Shown: positions 30,295-40,872, counted from the first letter of the stretch. The stretch: 64,000 bases of DNA from a bacterium (GCA_963662285.2 CAXXMV010000002.1:192001-256000), one strand, 5' to 3'. The notes: generated by a model from the sequence alone, not told the origin. Numbers and translations are program-made.

Positions 30295-30744
30295 ATGAAT
30301 GATGAATCTAAAAGAATAAAAGAAATGCTGCAAGCGCTTTCGTCTAAAGGAAAGGGTCCGGGTGGTGTTCAAACTCTTATTATGATGCTTGGCCAGGTTG
30401 ACCGGGATACGGAAAAAAACATTCTTGACGCGTTGGATAAGCAAAATCCATCTTTGGCCAGCGAACTACGTAAAAAATATTTTACTTTTGAAGATATTAT
30501 GCATATGGAGGATAGTGTACTATTGCGTGCGTTATCGGATGTGCATCGAACCACCTTGGCTTTGGCGCTAAAAGGAACGTCTTTCGAAATACAGGATAAG
30601 GTGTTTCATAATCTATCCAAAAGAGCGGCGGAAATGGTCAAAGATGAGATGGAGGTTATGGGTCCGAAACCCAAAACTCTGGTTGAAGAGGCGCAACGTG
30701 AAGTAACCAAAGAAATTCGCCGTTGGAAAGACGTTATTCTTTAA
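30295..30744 (+). CDS. Stand-alone FliG C-terminal domain protein
   Basis: GG linker, YFTFED (MFxF motif), LALALKG, NLSKRAAEM, GP..VEEAQ; lacks the N and M domains. Confidence 0.82.
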   Translation: MNDESKRIKEMLQALSSKGKGPGGVQTLIMMLGQVDRDTEKNILDALDKQNPSLASELRKKYFTFEDIMHMEDSVLLRALSDVHRTTLALALKGTSFEIQDKVFHNLSKRAAEMVKDEMEVMGPKPKTLVEEAQREVTKEIRRWKDVIL

Positions 30745-30757
30745 AGGAGAAATCAAC

Positions 30758-31777
30758 GTGGAGTCAGTATTAAAATCAATCGCAAAATCATCCAATTTAG
30801 AAAGAGTTTTATTTTCACCTGCGCTGAAGAAGTTATATTTCAATATGGCGATAGCTGCCGGGGGAGCAACCCAGTTTAAGCATGTTGACAGCGCCAGAAA
30901 TGGTCTTTCGTTTGCCGCGGACAAAGCGGATGACAAGAAGAGTACGCTTCTCTTCTGTTCAGCCCATGAATTGATGAGTGGATATGATTTGATGATTCAA
31001 ATCGCTGCTCAAATGCTGCCGGTAGTTGTGCTGGGCTTGCGCAGCGGCATTCCCGATACTGGTGAAGAAAACTGGTCGTATCTGCATTTACGTGAAACCG
31101 GGTGGATTCAGTTTCATACCCATACTCTGCAGGAAACCTATGATCACCTGGCAATGGCCTATCATGCGTTTGCTGTGCAAAAGATGCGTTTACCTATTCT
31201 GATTCTACATTCCAGCCTTAATCATGATTGTCTGGGTGAATTTACTCCACGGGATGACTTGGATATGGGGAATCCTTTGACGGGTCTTCAAAGCTCACGG
31301 GTGGGTAAGACAATGAGTTTTGAAGAAGCTTTTGCCAAGATGAAACATAAATCAGAGAAAGAAACCCTCCGTGGAAAATATATGCCATTGGTCGGCAATC
31401 TGCGTGAATTATATAAAGAACTAGATTATAAATTGCCGGAAGAAGGTTTCCCGTTTAAGGGCGCAATTACTGATAAAGAATCGGCAATAATTTCTATGAT
31501 TCCAACCGAGTCGCCTAGTGATGCGGATCGTATTTGCCGGATGCTCTGTTATCGTCCCTTTTCGGTGAGCAGTATGGCAAATTCGCTTAAAAACAAGAGA
31601 AAGATTGTGGTAGTTGAACCGCAACCTTCACCTGGTTCTGTTCCTGTTTTTCATGCGGAAATCATGGCGCAGTTAGGGAGTGAATATAACGGAGAAATTA
31701 TTTCTGTTGCATATCCCCCTCATGTTGCGAGCCTTACGACGGATCAATTGGATGAATTGGAGAGGAAGTTGGTTTGA
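30758..31777 (+). CDS. Degenerate 2-oxoacid:ferredoxin oxidoreductase alpha-subunit-like protein
   Basis: LPVVV..RETGWIQ...QETYD...AY...RLPIL and YRPF...KIVVVE resemble PorA; YPITP absent. Confidence 0.6.
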   Translation: MESVLKSIAKSSNLERVLFSPALKKLYFNMAIAAGGATQFKHVDSARNGLSFAADKADDKKSTLLFCSAHELMSGYDLMIQIAAQMLPVVVLGLRSGIPDTGEENWSYLHLRETGWIQFHTHTLQETYDHLAMAYHAFAVQKMRLPILILHSSLNHDCLGEFTPRDDLDMGNPLTGLQSSRVGKTMSFEEAFAKMKHKSEKETLRGKYMPLVGNLRELYKELDYKLPEEGFPFKGAITDKESAIISMIPTESPSDADRICRMLCYRPFSVSSMANSLKNKRKIVVVEPQPSPGSVPVFHAEIMAQLGSEYNGEIISVAYPPHVASLTTDQLDELERKLV

Positions 31778-31790
31778 ATTGGTGGATTTT

Positions 31791-31874
31791 GGTGGGTCGG
31801 TGAAGCTGACCCACCCTACGCCTGAAGTGATCGCATCAAGGGCTGACCGCATTGCGGTCTTGCCCTTGCCACCC
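31791..31874 (+). repeat. GTAG-type REP plus family A repeat
   Basis: GGTGGGTC-GGTGAAGCT-GACCCACCCTAC followed by ATCAAGGGCTGACCGC..CCACCC. Confidence 0.85.
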
Positions 31875-31922
31875 AGACTCTACAGATGAAATCGAGGATT
31901 TTTACTTCGACTATAAAAAACG

Positions 31923-32005
31923 TAGCCGGGGAGGGATTCGAACCCTCAAGCCGTTGTCGGCAAGGGATTTTAAGTCCCTCGTGTATACCGTTCCACCACC
32001 CGGCC
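31923..32005 (-). tRNA. tRNA-Leu(TAA)
   Basis: GGCCGGG acceptor, AGGGA-CTTAAAA-TCCCT, variable arm, GGTTCGAATCC. Confidence 0.95.
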
Positions 32006-32048
32006 TCGAAATACCATTATAAATCAAACTTTAAAAGGCTGAATGGTT

Positions 32049-33674
32049 TCAGTCAAAAATAGTGAAAAGAGACTCAATTTCTTCCGACGGTTTATAGTCA
32101 TGAACGCGACTTAAGACGGAAGATTTAGCAATATTATACAAAACCTTGGCCTGAACCAGATTGGAGCGGTTAAGAGCCAAGTCAATCTGCAAATCCTGCA
32201 AATCGCGGAAAGTGATGTTGCCAAAGTCGCGGAAGTCTATTAGACCGGTGTCAAGGTTGAACTGAGATTGGGTTACGTTGCGCTGGATAATTTCGATGCG
32301 TTGAAGTTGCAGCATCAACTCACGTAAATTCCGGTAGGTGGATTGAACAAGTTGCCGTTCGGTATCCCATAATCTGATTTTTGATTGTTCAAGATTTTCT
32401 TCAAGAGCACGCACTCGTGCGCGAGTCGCTCCACCGTCGCCAAAAGCCCAAGAGAAAATAAGCGCAGCGCCCAAATTCCGGTCGCTTTCGTCATTCTGAT
32501 TGGCAAAGGTTGATAAAACTAAATCCGGTTGTTGACCCAATCGAGCGACGCGGAGGGAATTTTCGGATCTTTTGATCGAAAGGCGCAAGTTTTTCAGGTC
32601 TAAATTGGTTGATGTGACAAGATTGATATATTCATTACTGGCAAGAGGGAGGGGTTTTACCTCTAACTTATCAGTTAAAATCAACTCAGTTTCAAGAGGA
32701 ATCCCCAGAAAGATATTTAAGCTTTCCATGGAATTTCTGAGGCTTCCTTCGAGTTCAATAAGCGAAGCTTGATTATTAAGCACGTCGGTTTGAGCTTGAC
32801 CGACGTCTTTTTGAGCTGCTTTTTCGAACTCATATTGCGTTTCAATAATGAAAGAAACTCGGAGAGATTGAAGCAGGCGTTCTTTTTGAATATCAAGTCT
32901 TTCCTGTAATTGCTGGATGTTCCAATAGCGGTTTATAACAGTCTCTTCAGCGCTTTTTTCCTGGGCGAATAAACTGTAATCGGATTGAATGGCGGCAATT
33001 TTGGAGTTCTCAATTTGGGTTTGAATTTCCTTGCGTGATCTGGAATTAATGGGGTAGCTATAATTTATGTTCAGCTTATATCTGTCTTCGAAATGGTTGC
33101 CTTCAGGATTGTTCGGGCCGCTGTCAAAGGCGCCCTCGGAATAGTGTTGAAAGTCCATCTCTGGTTGAATATCAAGCCTTGAGCCATTCTTGAATGTTTG
33201 AGTATAACTGGGACCAATATTAAACAGAGTATTGTTTTCGTATTCCTTCTTCGTGTCGGTTATTAATCCTTTTTCAGGATCAATACGGAAGGAGCCGGAG
33301 GCGCGTCGACTTATGGTTTCGTCCAATCGAGAATCAAGGCTGTATTTGGAGCGATAATTACTTTCGGTAAGATCAAGGTTGGCCAGGCTGCTTTGTAGAG
33401 CATGTTTATCAATTTGTATATCGGGATTTTGCTTCATTGCGATATCAATGGCGTCTTGAATCGTAATGGTCATTTGCTTGCCTTTGGTTCGGAACTCTTC
33501 ATTTTGGAGTATAGATTCGGCAACGGTGATATCTTCGATTCTCATTCTCGCGGCGGATGCTTTTAATGTAACCGGAGATGGCGCAACAATCTCCTGAGCA
33601 AAAATGGGAGCGGCAATAATAGTAAATAGAAAAATAGATAGACCTTTGGAATAACGTTGTACATTCACACTCAC
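32049..33674 (-). CDS. TolC-like outer membrane efflux protein
   Basis: Signal peptide; ITIQDAIDIAMKQNPDI; two helical/beta repeats; last gene of the RND operon. Confidence 0.85.
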   Translation of the reverse strand: MSVNVQRYSKGLSIFLFTIIAAPIFAQEIVAPSPVTLKASAARMRIEDITVAESILQNEEFRTKGKQMTITIQDAIDIAMKQNPDIQIDKHALQSSLANLDLTESNYRSKYSLDSRLDETISRRASGSFRIDPEKGLITDTKKEYENNTLFNIGPSYTQTFKNGSRLDIQPEMDFQHYSEGAFDSGPNNPEGNHFEDRYKLNINYSYPINSRSRKEIQTQIENSKIAAIQSDYSLFAQEKSAEETVINRYWNIQQLQERLDIQKERLLQSLRVSFIIETQYEFEKAAQKDVGQAQTDVLNNQASLIELEGSLRNSMESLNIFLGIPLETELILTDKLEVKPLPLASNEYINLVTSTNLDLKNLRLSIKRSENSLRVARLGQQPDLVLSTFANQNDESDRNLGAALIFSWAFGDGGATRARVRALEENLEQSKIRLWDTERQLVQSTYRNLRELMLQLQRIEIIQRNVTQSQFNLDTGLIDFRDFGNITFRDLQDLQIDLALNRSNLVQAKVLYNIAKSSVLSRVHDYKPSEEIESLFTIFD

Positions 33675-33712
33675 ATACCTTCTTTCTTTAATCTGGAGAG
33701 AGATTCTAAAAT

Positions 33713-36700
33713 TTATACGGAAATATATGGATCCCTTGTGTGGTAAAGATACGCATCTTCCAGCGTGGCTTCAATGTTAATAGCTTCTGGAGCGGGCTTA
33801 TCGTCAGAAACGATGCGTAAGCAAATGCCATCGGCGGTGTGAGTTTGGCCGCCGACAGAATAAAGTTTCCTGTAACGATGCCATGCAGACTCATCTTCCA
33901 CTATAAGTTCCCAAACCTTGTCATGAATAGATTCAACCAGTTCCTCCGGGTTCCCGGAGAAGAATAATTTACCTTCATCCATTAAAGCCAGACGCCGGCA
34001 ACTATGAGCTACATCTTCAACAATATGAGTTGATAAAATAACAACTCTATCCTGGCTCAATTGGACAAGTAAATTACGGAAGCGCAGACGCTCCATAGGA
34101 TCGAGGCCTACGGTTGGTTCATCAACAATTAATACCTTTGGGGGGAAGACGAATATTTGAGCTAAACCTATGCGGCGCATCATGCCGCCAGAGAAATTAT
34201 TAACGGAGACATCTTTTTGTTCAGATAAATTGACCATTTCGAGAGCGTTTAATATAGCGGCGCGACGTTCTTTTTTGATCTTCATTCCTTTGAGAAGGGC
34301 GAAATAGTCTAAATATTGATAGGCGGTCATGTGGCTATAGACGCCGAAGTTTTGCGGAAGATAGCCAATAAGTTTCTGCGCTTTACGTGATTCGGTTTTC
34401 ATGTCATACCCGCAAATGGATAAAAAGCCGCGAGTCGGTTGATCTATACCTGCGATCAAACGAAGAAGCGTAGTCTTCCCTGCTCCATTTGGACCTAATA
34501 GGCCGAATAAACCGCTTTCGATTTTTAAGGAAATCATATCCAATGCTTTATGCCGAGCGCGCGTAATCACTCTTCTGCTTGATCCGGCAAAAGGCGCCGG
34601 GACAATACCGGTAGCAGGAGAAAGGTTGGGGAGGAAACCGCCGTGTAGCAAAGTTCTGGAAAAACTGGATAATCTTTCAATCCGGCTAACCGGATAAATT
34701 CGGGTTAGGTGATCCAGTTCTACAATAAGAGGCTCTTCCCGTGGCGGCGTTAAGCGATAGGCAGTAAGCGATTGCCGGACGTTAAGGCGTTTTTTGCGGC
34801 TCCAAAAGATGAATATCCATCGCCAGCTGAAAACAAATTTAAAAGCTCTCTTAAACAATCTGCTGATATCTTCAACGATAAAATAGAAACCGGGTACGAT
34901 AACAAGGGTTAATACGGTTGAGCTGGCAAGACCGCCAATGACGCATCGAGCGAATGGAATCCAATCATTGTCTTGTCCTTTCCATTCTATGGCCATGGGT
35001 AGAAGGCCGAGGATGGTTGTTGCCACCGTCATTAAAATGGGGCGGAGACGGTAGTGTCCTGCAACCATAATAGCGCGTTCGCGGGGGTAATTTTTTTCCG
35101 TTCGTAGATAACCGGAGAAATGGACGAGTAATATAGCGCTATTGGGAAGGATGCCAACCAGGAAAACATAGCCCATCGCCGCCATTTCGTTGAAAGGGGT
35201 GTTTGTGAGAATAAACATCCAGCCTATGCCAAAGATAGCTAAAGGAATGGATAAAAAGATGACGAAAGGAAGGCTGAACGATTCGAAAAGAGAAGCGATG
35301 CACATGAAAATTAAGATGCCGGACATCCAGGCAATCATTTTAAATTGTTCAAAGACTTCATTCAGCCGTTGAGATCGTCCACCCAATGTCATGCGATAAC
35401 CTGCCGGGATAGGATATATATCTATTAATCCTATAACGGCTTCCTCAATTTCAGTGAAATTACTGTTGGGAGCGGTTTCAAATCTAATATGGCCAATGCG
35501 TTCGCGGTTTTCACGTCTCATAGACCCCATGCCGCGTTTAATTTCCATGACGCCTAATTCTTTTAAGGTTACAGTGGAACCCATTGAAGGAGAATAGATG
35601 GGGATATCGCTTAATTCCTCGAATTTCATGCCTCCCAAGTCTTCCATATCTTTTTCAAGGTCTTCAGTTTTTTCGATCAAATTAAAAATTATATCAATTT
35701 CCTTGTCGCCTTTTTTCATTTGGATGCTGGCGTAATCGCCCCGGCGCTGAGATAGCTGAATGGATTGAGCAATTAATCTAGGGGTGATTTGCAACAAAGC
35801 AGCTGCATCACGATCAAGCTTAAAATGCGCTTCCAGTGGTCCGGGTTCATTTTCGCTGAATACATCGCGTATACCGGGAATCTGGTTCATAACGGCGGCG
35901 AAATTTTCGGCGATTTCGTTAATTTGATTATATTCCGGGCCGCGAATTTCAATGGAGCCGCCTTGTCCGGAATCGACGACAGGCATTTGATTCTCACCTC
36001 TGGTGCGGGTAGGCGTGAAAGTGACTTCGGCAACAGAGAAATTTTCAAATAAAGGCCGAAGTTCTTCCTTTATGGTTTCGGATTCACGTTCTCGTTCATC
36101 AAGGTCTTTCAGGCGTATGCTAATGTGGGCGGAATCGTCTTGCACCCAGGAGTGAATGTTTTTGGCTTCGGGAACTTTATCTAGCAGAATATCTTCAACT
36201 TGATTTATGACTTCGAGCGTATGATCCTGCTTGGTTCCATTGGGGAGATAAACCCAGACATGGAACCAGCTGCGATCTTCAGGTTCCGCTAAGACATCCC
36301 GGCTTATGTTGCCTAATGTGTAGTAGTAGGTATAAAGGATAAACAGAACGATGGCAAGAAGAAATCTGACGCGGTGCCGAAGGCAGCTCTTAAGAATGGA
36401 ACCGTAATATTTACGAGTCCATTTCATGGTAGGTATTGGAATGCGTTGGAGAAATTTCTTCAAACGATCCGGTGAAGGGGGTGGATCAATTTTATGAGAG
36501 TTGAGTGGAGCATTTGCTTCAAGATTTGAAAGATTTTTATTAAGCGGAGCGGTCCGGGCGCGTTTTTTATCCAGGATCATCATCAAGCGCGAGGTTAGCA
36601 TGGGAACCAAAGTAAGAGCGACAAGCATTGATATGACCATGGGATAGATAATCGCAAGAGCCGCTTCTGTAAACATCAAACGGATAAAACCTTCTACAAA

Positions 36701-38050
36701 GACAATGGGGAGAAAAACAACGACATTGGTCAAGGTAAGAGCAAAAACAGCTTTGCCAACTTCGTTGCAACCTAATACAGCTGACTGGATGCCATTTTTC
36801 CCCCGTTCATGATGTCTAAATACGTTTTCAAGAACTACGATAGAGGTGTCTATCAAACAACCAACGCCAACCGCCAGTCCGACCAAGGTAAACATATTGA
36901 TCGACATGCCGGTGAAGTACATGCCGTTGAAGGTAGCTATAATACAAATAGGAATAACCAGACATACAATCAGCGACATGCGCACATTACGTATAAAGAG
37001 ATATAGCACCAACATGGAAAGCGCAATACCCATAAATGCAAGCCGTGCGAGAGTGGATAACATATCCAGGATGGGAGTGGCGGCATCTGAAGTTACCGCT
37101 AATTCGTAACCATCCGGGAGCGTTTGGTTAATCAAGTCGATAACCTTGAGAGTTTTACGTGATAAGTCGACCGGATTGATCAAGGCTTCTTTTTGCAGAT
37201 TTATGCCTAAGGCAGGTTTACCGTCGACTCGGCGAAGCCAGCGCCGGGCATGGAAAGTATCTTTAACTTCTCCCAGGTGGCGGACGGCGATGCCGCCGTT
37301 GTTTTTCACCACGACATCTTCAATTTCAGAGGTATCGCCGAATTGTCCATCCAGCCGGACGAATAGATCTTTGCCTTGTTCTTCAATATCGCCGAGGAAA
37401 ACCGGTTCATTGGCGAAAGTCTGGACTCTATTTCTAACCTGCCAAATGGGAGTCCCGAATTCCTGCAATCTGTCCTGGAGAACGGTGATATCTATCGAGC
37501 GTCTTTTACCTCCCCAAATTTCGGCAGTGGCGATGCCGTCTATATCTTCGAGTTGTTGGCGAATCTTGTCTGCGTTTATTGCTTCCAGGTAGGGATCAGA
37601 TCTGGGACCTTTCAATACCAGATCCATGAAATCACTATTAAAATGCGAAGTTTCGAAAGGAAAAGCATTCATATATATAGAACGTTTAGGGAATGTTTTT
37701 TGAAAACGATCCAAGCGTTCCTGCAAATCGACAATACGGTATTTGACGTTTGCGCCAAATTCGAATTCGATACGGAAGAATGCTCCATGTCGAAAGGTAT
37801 AAGTATAAATATTCTTAACATCTTGGAGTTGAGCGATTTCCCCTTCGACAGGGATGATGATTTTTCGTTCTAATTCTTCCGCACTCATATGTTCCATTAT
37901 GCGGCAAAACGCTCCGCCGCCAGGAACCGTGATATCCGGCAGGATCTGCATGGGAAGTTTGAAATAAGAGACGAAACCGAGAATAACGATCGCGGAAAAA
38001 AACATGATCGTGGTAATAGGTCGATGAACGGCGATACTGGATAGTTTCAT
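33713..38050 (-). CDS. RND (AcrB-like) permease fused to a C-terminal ABC ATPase domain
   Basis: IAVHRPIT, IDTSIVVLENVFRH, RLRPILMT, GGLASSTVLTL; then GPNGAGKTT, FSGGM, LIVDEP, STH; single frame; likely ATG at 38050. Confidence 0.9.
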   Translation of the reverse strand: MKLSSIAVHRPITTIMFFSAIVILGFVSYFKLPMQILPDITVPGGGAFCRIMEHMSAEELERKIIIPVEGEIAQLQDVKNIYTYTFRHGAFFRIEFEFGANVKYRIVDLQERLDRFQKTFPKRSIYMNAFPFETSHFNSDFMDLVLKGPRSDPYLEAINADKIRQQLEDIDGIATAEIWGGKRRSIDITVLQDRLQEFGTPIWQVRNRVQTFANEPVFLGDIEEQGKDLFVRLDGQFGDTSEIEDVVVKNNGGIAVRHLGEVKDTFHARRWLRRVDGKPALGINLQKEALINPVDLSRKTLKVIDLINQTLPDGYELAVTSDAATPILDMLSTLARLAFMGIALSMLVLYLFIRNVRMSLIVCLVIPICIIATFNGMYFTGMSINMFTLVGLAVGVGCLIDTSIVVLENVFRHHERGKNGIQSAVLGCNEVGKAVFALTLTNVVVFLPIVFVEGFIRLMFTEAALAIIYPMVISMLVALTLVPMLTSRLMMILDKKRARTAPLNKNLSNLEANAPLNSHKIDPPPSPDRLKKFLQRIPIPTMKWTRKYYGSILKSCLRHRVRFLLAIVLFILYTYYYTLGNISRDVLAEPEDRSWFHVWVYLPNGTKQDHTLEVINQVEDILLDKVPEAKNIHSWVQDDSAHISIRLKDLDERERESETIKEELRPLFENFSVAEVTFTPTRTRGENQMPVVDSGQGGSIEIRGPEYNQINEIAENFAAVMNQIPGIRDVFSENEPGPLEAHFKLDRDAAALLQITPRLIAQSIQLSQRRGDYASIQMKKGDKEIDIIFNLIEKTEDLEKDMEDLGGMKFEELSDIPIYSPSMGSTVTLKELGVMEIKRGMGSMRRENRERIGHIRFETAPNSNFTEIEEAVIGLIDIYPIPAGYRMTLGGRSQRLNEVFEQFKMIAWMSGILIFMCIASLFESFSLPFVIFLSIPLAIFGIGWMFILTNTPFNEMAAMGYVFLVGILPNSAILLVHFSGYLRTEKNYPRERAIMVAGHYRLRPILMTVATTILGLLPMAIEWKGQDNDWIPFARCVIGGLASSTVLTLVIVPGFYFIVEDISRLFKRAFKFVFSWRWIFIFWSRKKRLNVRQSLTAYRLTPPREEPLIVELDHLTRIYPVSRIERLSSFSRTLLHGGFLPNLSPATGIVPAPFAGSSRRVITRARHKALDMISLKIESGLFGLLGPNGAGKTTLLRLIAGIDQPTRGFLSICGYDMKTESRKAQKLIGYLPQNFGVYSHMTAYQYLDYFALLKGMKIKKERRAAILNALEMVNLSEQKDVSVNNFSGGMMRRIGLAQIFVFPPKVLIVDEPTVGLDPMERLRFRNLLVQLSQDRVVILSTHIVEDVAHSCRRLALMDEGKLFFSGNPEELVESIHDKVWELIVEDESAWHRYRKLYSVGGQTHTADGICLRIVSDDKPAPEAINIEATLEDAYLYHTRDPYISV

Positions 38051-38091
38051 TGTAATTAATCTGCGTCTGACGACAGCCTCGCTAAGTTCTA

Positions 38092-40833
38092 TTAATGTCT
38101 CCAAAAGTGTCGATGATTATTTCTTCTGGTATTTGCGCGAAGAGCGGTGGTATCATCGCCTTCGATCAAAATTCTTCTTTCGGAGTGCATTCTGGATTTT
38201 TTTATTTTATCAAGATGAGGAACCTGTAATATCCAATTTTCGGGATCGACAACAGCAAAGATGGGTCGGTGAGGAGATGTAAGGTCCAAGGTTTTTTCTT
38301 CTCCGGCGTCCAACCATATATTCCGGGTTATATAATCCATCTCTGTTTCTACATAAATAGGTACGGCCATACGGCCAGAGCCATGGTTTTTGACGCGGAC
38401 TAAAGTTTTGTAAGTGATAACGCCGGTTCTATCGTCGGTGATTAATTTCGCTTCGGTATAAGTTATTTCGTATTCCGGCAAGGCATTTCCCAAAACCCAT
38501 TCATCAATATACCACCCCAGGTCATCTCCATAGAACTCTTCTAACAAAGGACGCAGCTCGTCAACGGGTATCTCCTGGAAGCGATAGCGACGGAACATCT
38601 CGCGCAGAAACGCCCACCAAGGTTTATCTCCCATAATATGATGCAGCATACGGAATAAAGCTTCACCACGAATACGTTCCAGTTCGGGGTGAGTTCCCAT
38701 TTTATGCAGAGATAAAAGAGATTCGCTTTTGGCGACGGAGAGCGGGAGATTGCGATTACTTCCAACATCGTATTTTAATTCTCTGCGGCGTTGCCAGGAA
38801 TTTCGTTCAAGTAATTTTGAGGCGTAACTTGATAAATAATCATTGACCCAAAAAGCCATTTCTCCGGTTGGGTGTATGGAGTGGTCGAAATATGCGCTGA
38901 TAAGGTTGCGATAAAAATTGTCGTGAATTTCACGTAATGTTTGGGGGAGCAATTGATAAAAGGGTATCAAACGCGGGTTGTGGTCGAATCTTTCCATCAA
39001 CCACATTTCTTCACTTATATAGCACATTTGATTTTCCGACACCAGGAACATACCGGGCATTTGAGCGTAGTACGTCTGTGGATTGGCTAAAGGTTTCGCC
39101 CAGGGAATTCTTAATTTATTGCGTTGAGAATATTCGGTCCGCCAAGTGTAAGGCGTTTCGACCAAGGTTAACTGGTTGAAGGGGATGCGGCCCAATTTAT
39201 CATTAACAAATTCGTGTTGATCCTTAACTTCTTCCATATATATCTGAGCTTTATATTTGTGCATGGGGAAATGGTAGAAGCGAACGTTATATCCAAAAGA
39301 ATCACTTTCCAGTAATTGGTAGTTACCCCAATACATCTGTAATCGGTTAACGGGATATAAGGTTGACCAATGCTCGGTGCGGGCCTGGCCGTCTTCTTGG
39401 GAGTCGATCAAATCACCAGCGAAAGCGCCTTGCTGGCCTGGTTCCAGATGAAGCGTGATTTCTGACTCGAACAGGTCGTCATCAACCTTGACCCAGCGTT
39501 CATTTTCCGCTTGGAATTTGCGCCATGGAACAGGATACCATTTATTATGCATGGCGGTGTATTGTGGATGAAACTCCACCGGGGCGCCATGATAATTAAC
39601 CGATAATCTATATTCTTGATGCGGGATTAAAGATTCGCTGAAGTTAAATCGGACGCGGTTTTGTTGACGTGCGAAAGAACATTCTTGATTATCAAGTGCA
39701 GCTTCATCAACAGTGTATCTTGGATCAAGTTCAACGCCTAAATATCTGGTGGATTCTTTCGGGGTGAAGATTAAATCCGACTGGATATCCAAGCGGCTGT
39801 ATGTTTCGTTAGGTTTCAAGTCGAATTCATATTTTTGAAGGTCTACAGAAATAGCGGGAAACTTGACTCTTACCACGTTTTCTTCATGGCCATGTCCGTT
39901 TTTGATAAGAAAGTCTTTATAACTATATGTCGCCCAAATTACGCTGGTAGCGGATACAAGCAAAGTAAGCGTAAGAAATAAACGATATCCCCAACCCAAA
40001 TGGCGATCAAAGCGTAGATTGGTTATTGCTCGCATTATTAATGAGACGCTAAATAGACTGTTGCGTTTTCGATTTACAATCCACCTTTGAGGTTCCTGTC
40101 TTCTCAAATATAAGGGAGCAAAGGAAAGGATGGTCAAGCTTAATAAAGCATGCATAAATAATTGCACCCAATATTTTTCAAAAGAAAGACGTACTCCAAT
40201 AGTGGAAGATGAATTGGCGAGGTATCTAATGACGTCGGGGATATTGATTAAAATTCCTTCATGTACGCCCAGTTGATAAACGAATGCTCCAATAAGGCCG
40301 CCAATGATCAAGGCGGCGAAGTCATGTTTGAAAAAAGAGCGCATGGTTATCGCTAAAGCTGCTACTGGCACTATGACCGGAAGAACAAGAAGGATAAAAG
40401 CAACCCAGAAAGGCCGCCAGATAATCATACCATGCCCATATAGATATTGCCATAAGCCAAAGGAAAAAATACCTATTAAACTAAGAGGAACCATGACGAT
40501 AAGGACGCCGAGCAAGCGTCCACACATGAGAGAGGTGACGCCTACCGGCAGGGGGAACAAAATCTTATCCATACGGCTATGGCGTAGGCGACCACAGATA
40601 TCAAGCGCCAGAGCGCAGGCGCCAAGTCCGAGAATGGCTATCATCAACCAGAAACTCGGGTGTTGAAAGCTAAAAGCGGAATGAAGGAAAAATCCATCCT
40701 GCGCTCGTATAAGATAGTCTCGACGAGCGAACAGAGATATCCCTGCAACAAGTCCTAATAGCAGCCAGAAACGCCATCCACGACAGCTCATGCGAGCTTC
40801 GTTTAAGGCGATCAGTATGGTTTTGCGCAACAT
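38092..40833 (-). CDS. ABC-2-type permease fused to an M1 aminopeptidase-like extracytoplasmic domain lacking HExxH
   Basis: About 7 N-terminal TMs (IALNEARM, GRLLG); beta-sandwich; QLTLVETP; RGEALFRML..IMG; WYIDEWV...LP; VDPEN. Confidence 0.78.
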   Translation of the reverse strand: MLRKTILIALNEARMSCRGWRFWLLLGLVAGISLFARRDYLIRAQDGFFLHSAFSFQHPSFWLMIAILGLGACALALDICGRLRHSRMDKILFPLPVGVTSLMCGRLLGVLIVMVPLSLIGIFSFGLWQYLYGHGMIIWRPFWVAFILLVLPVIVPVAALAITMRSFFKHDFAALIIGGLIGAFVYQLGVHEGILINIPDVIRYLANSSSTIGVRLSFEKYWVQLFMHALLSLTILSFAPLYLRRQEPQRWIVNRKRNSLFSVSLIMRAITNLRFDRHLGWGYRLFLTLTLLVSATSVIWATYSYKDFLIKNGHGHEENVVRVKFPAISVDLQKYEFDLKPNETYSRLDIQSDLIFTPKESTRYLGVELDPRYTVDEAALDNQECSFARQQNRVRFNFSESLIPHQEYRLSVNYHGAPVEFHPQYTAMHNKWYPVPWRKFQAENERWVKVDDDLFESEITLHLEPGQQGAFAGDLIDSQEDGQARTEHWSTLYPVNRLQMYWGNYQLLESDSFGYNVRFYHFPMHKYKAQIYMEEVKDQHEFVNDKLGRIPFNQLTLVETPYTWRTEYSQRNKLRIPWAKPLANPQTYYAQMPGMFLVSENQMCYISEEMWLMERFDHNPRLIPFYQLLPQTLREIHDNFYRNLISAYFDHSIHPTGEMAFWVNDYLSSYASKLLERNSWQRRRELKYDVGSNRNLPLSVAKSESLLSLHKMGTHPELERIRGEALFRMLHHIMGDKPWWAFLREMFRRYRFQEIPVDELRPLLEEFYGDDLGWYIDEWVLGNALPEYEITYTEAKLITDDRTGVITYKTLVRVKNHGSGRMAVPIYVETEMDYITRNIWLDAGEEKTLDLTSPHRPIFAVVDPENWILQVPHLDKIKKSRMHSERRILIEGDDTTALRANTRRNNHRHFWRH

Positions 40834-40872
40834 CCTAATTTATTCCTTTCGCTTAACCTTTGGATGGTGGAA

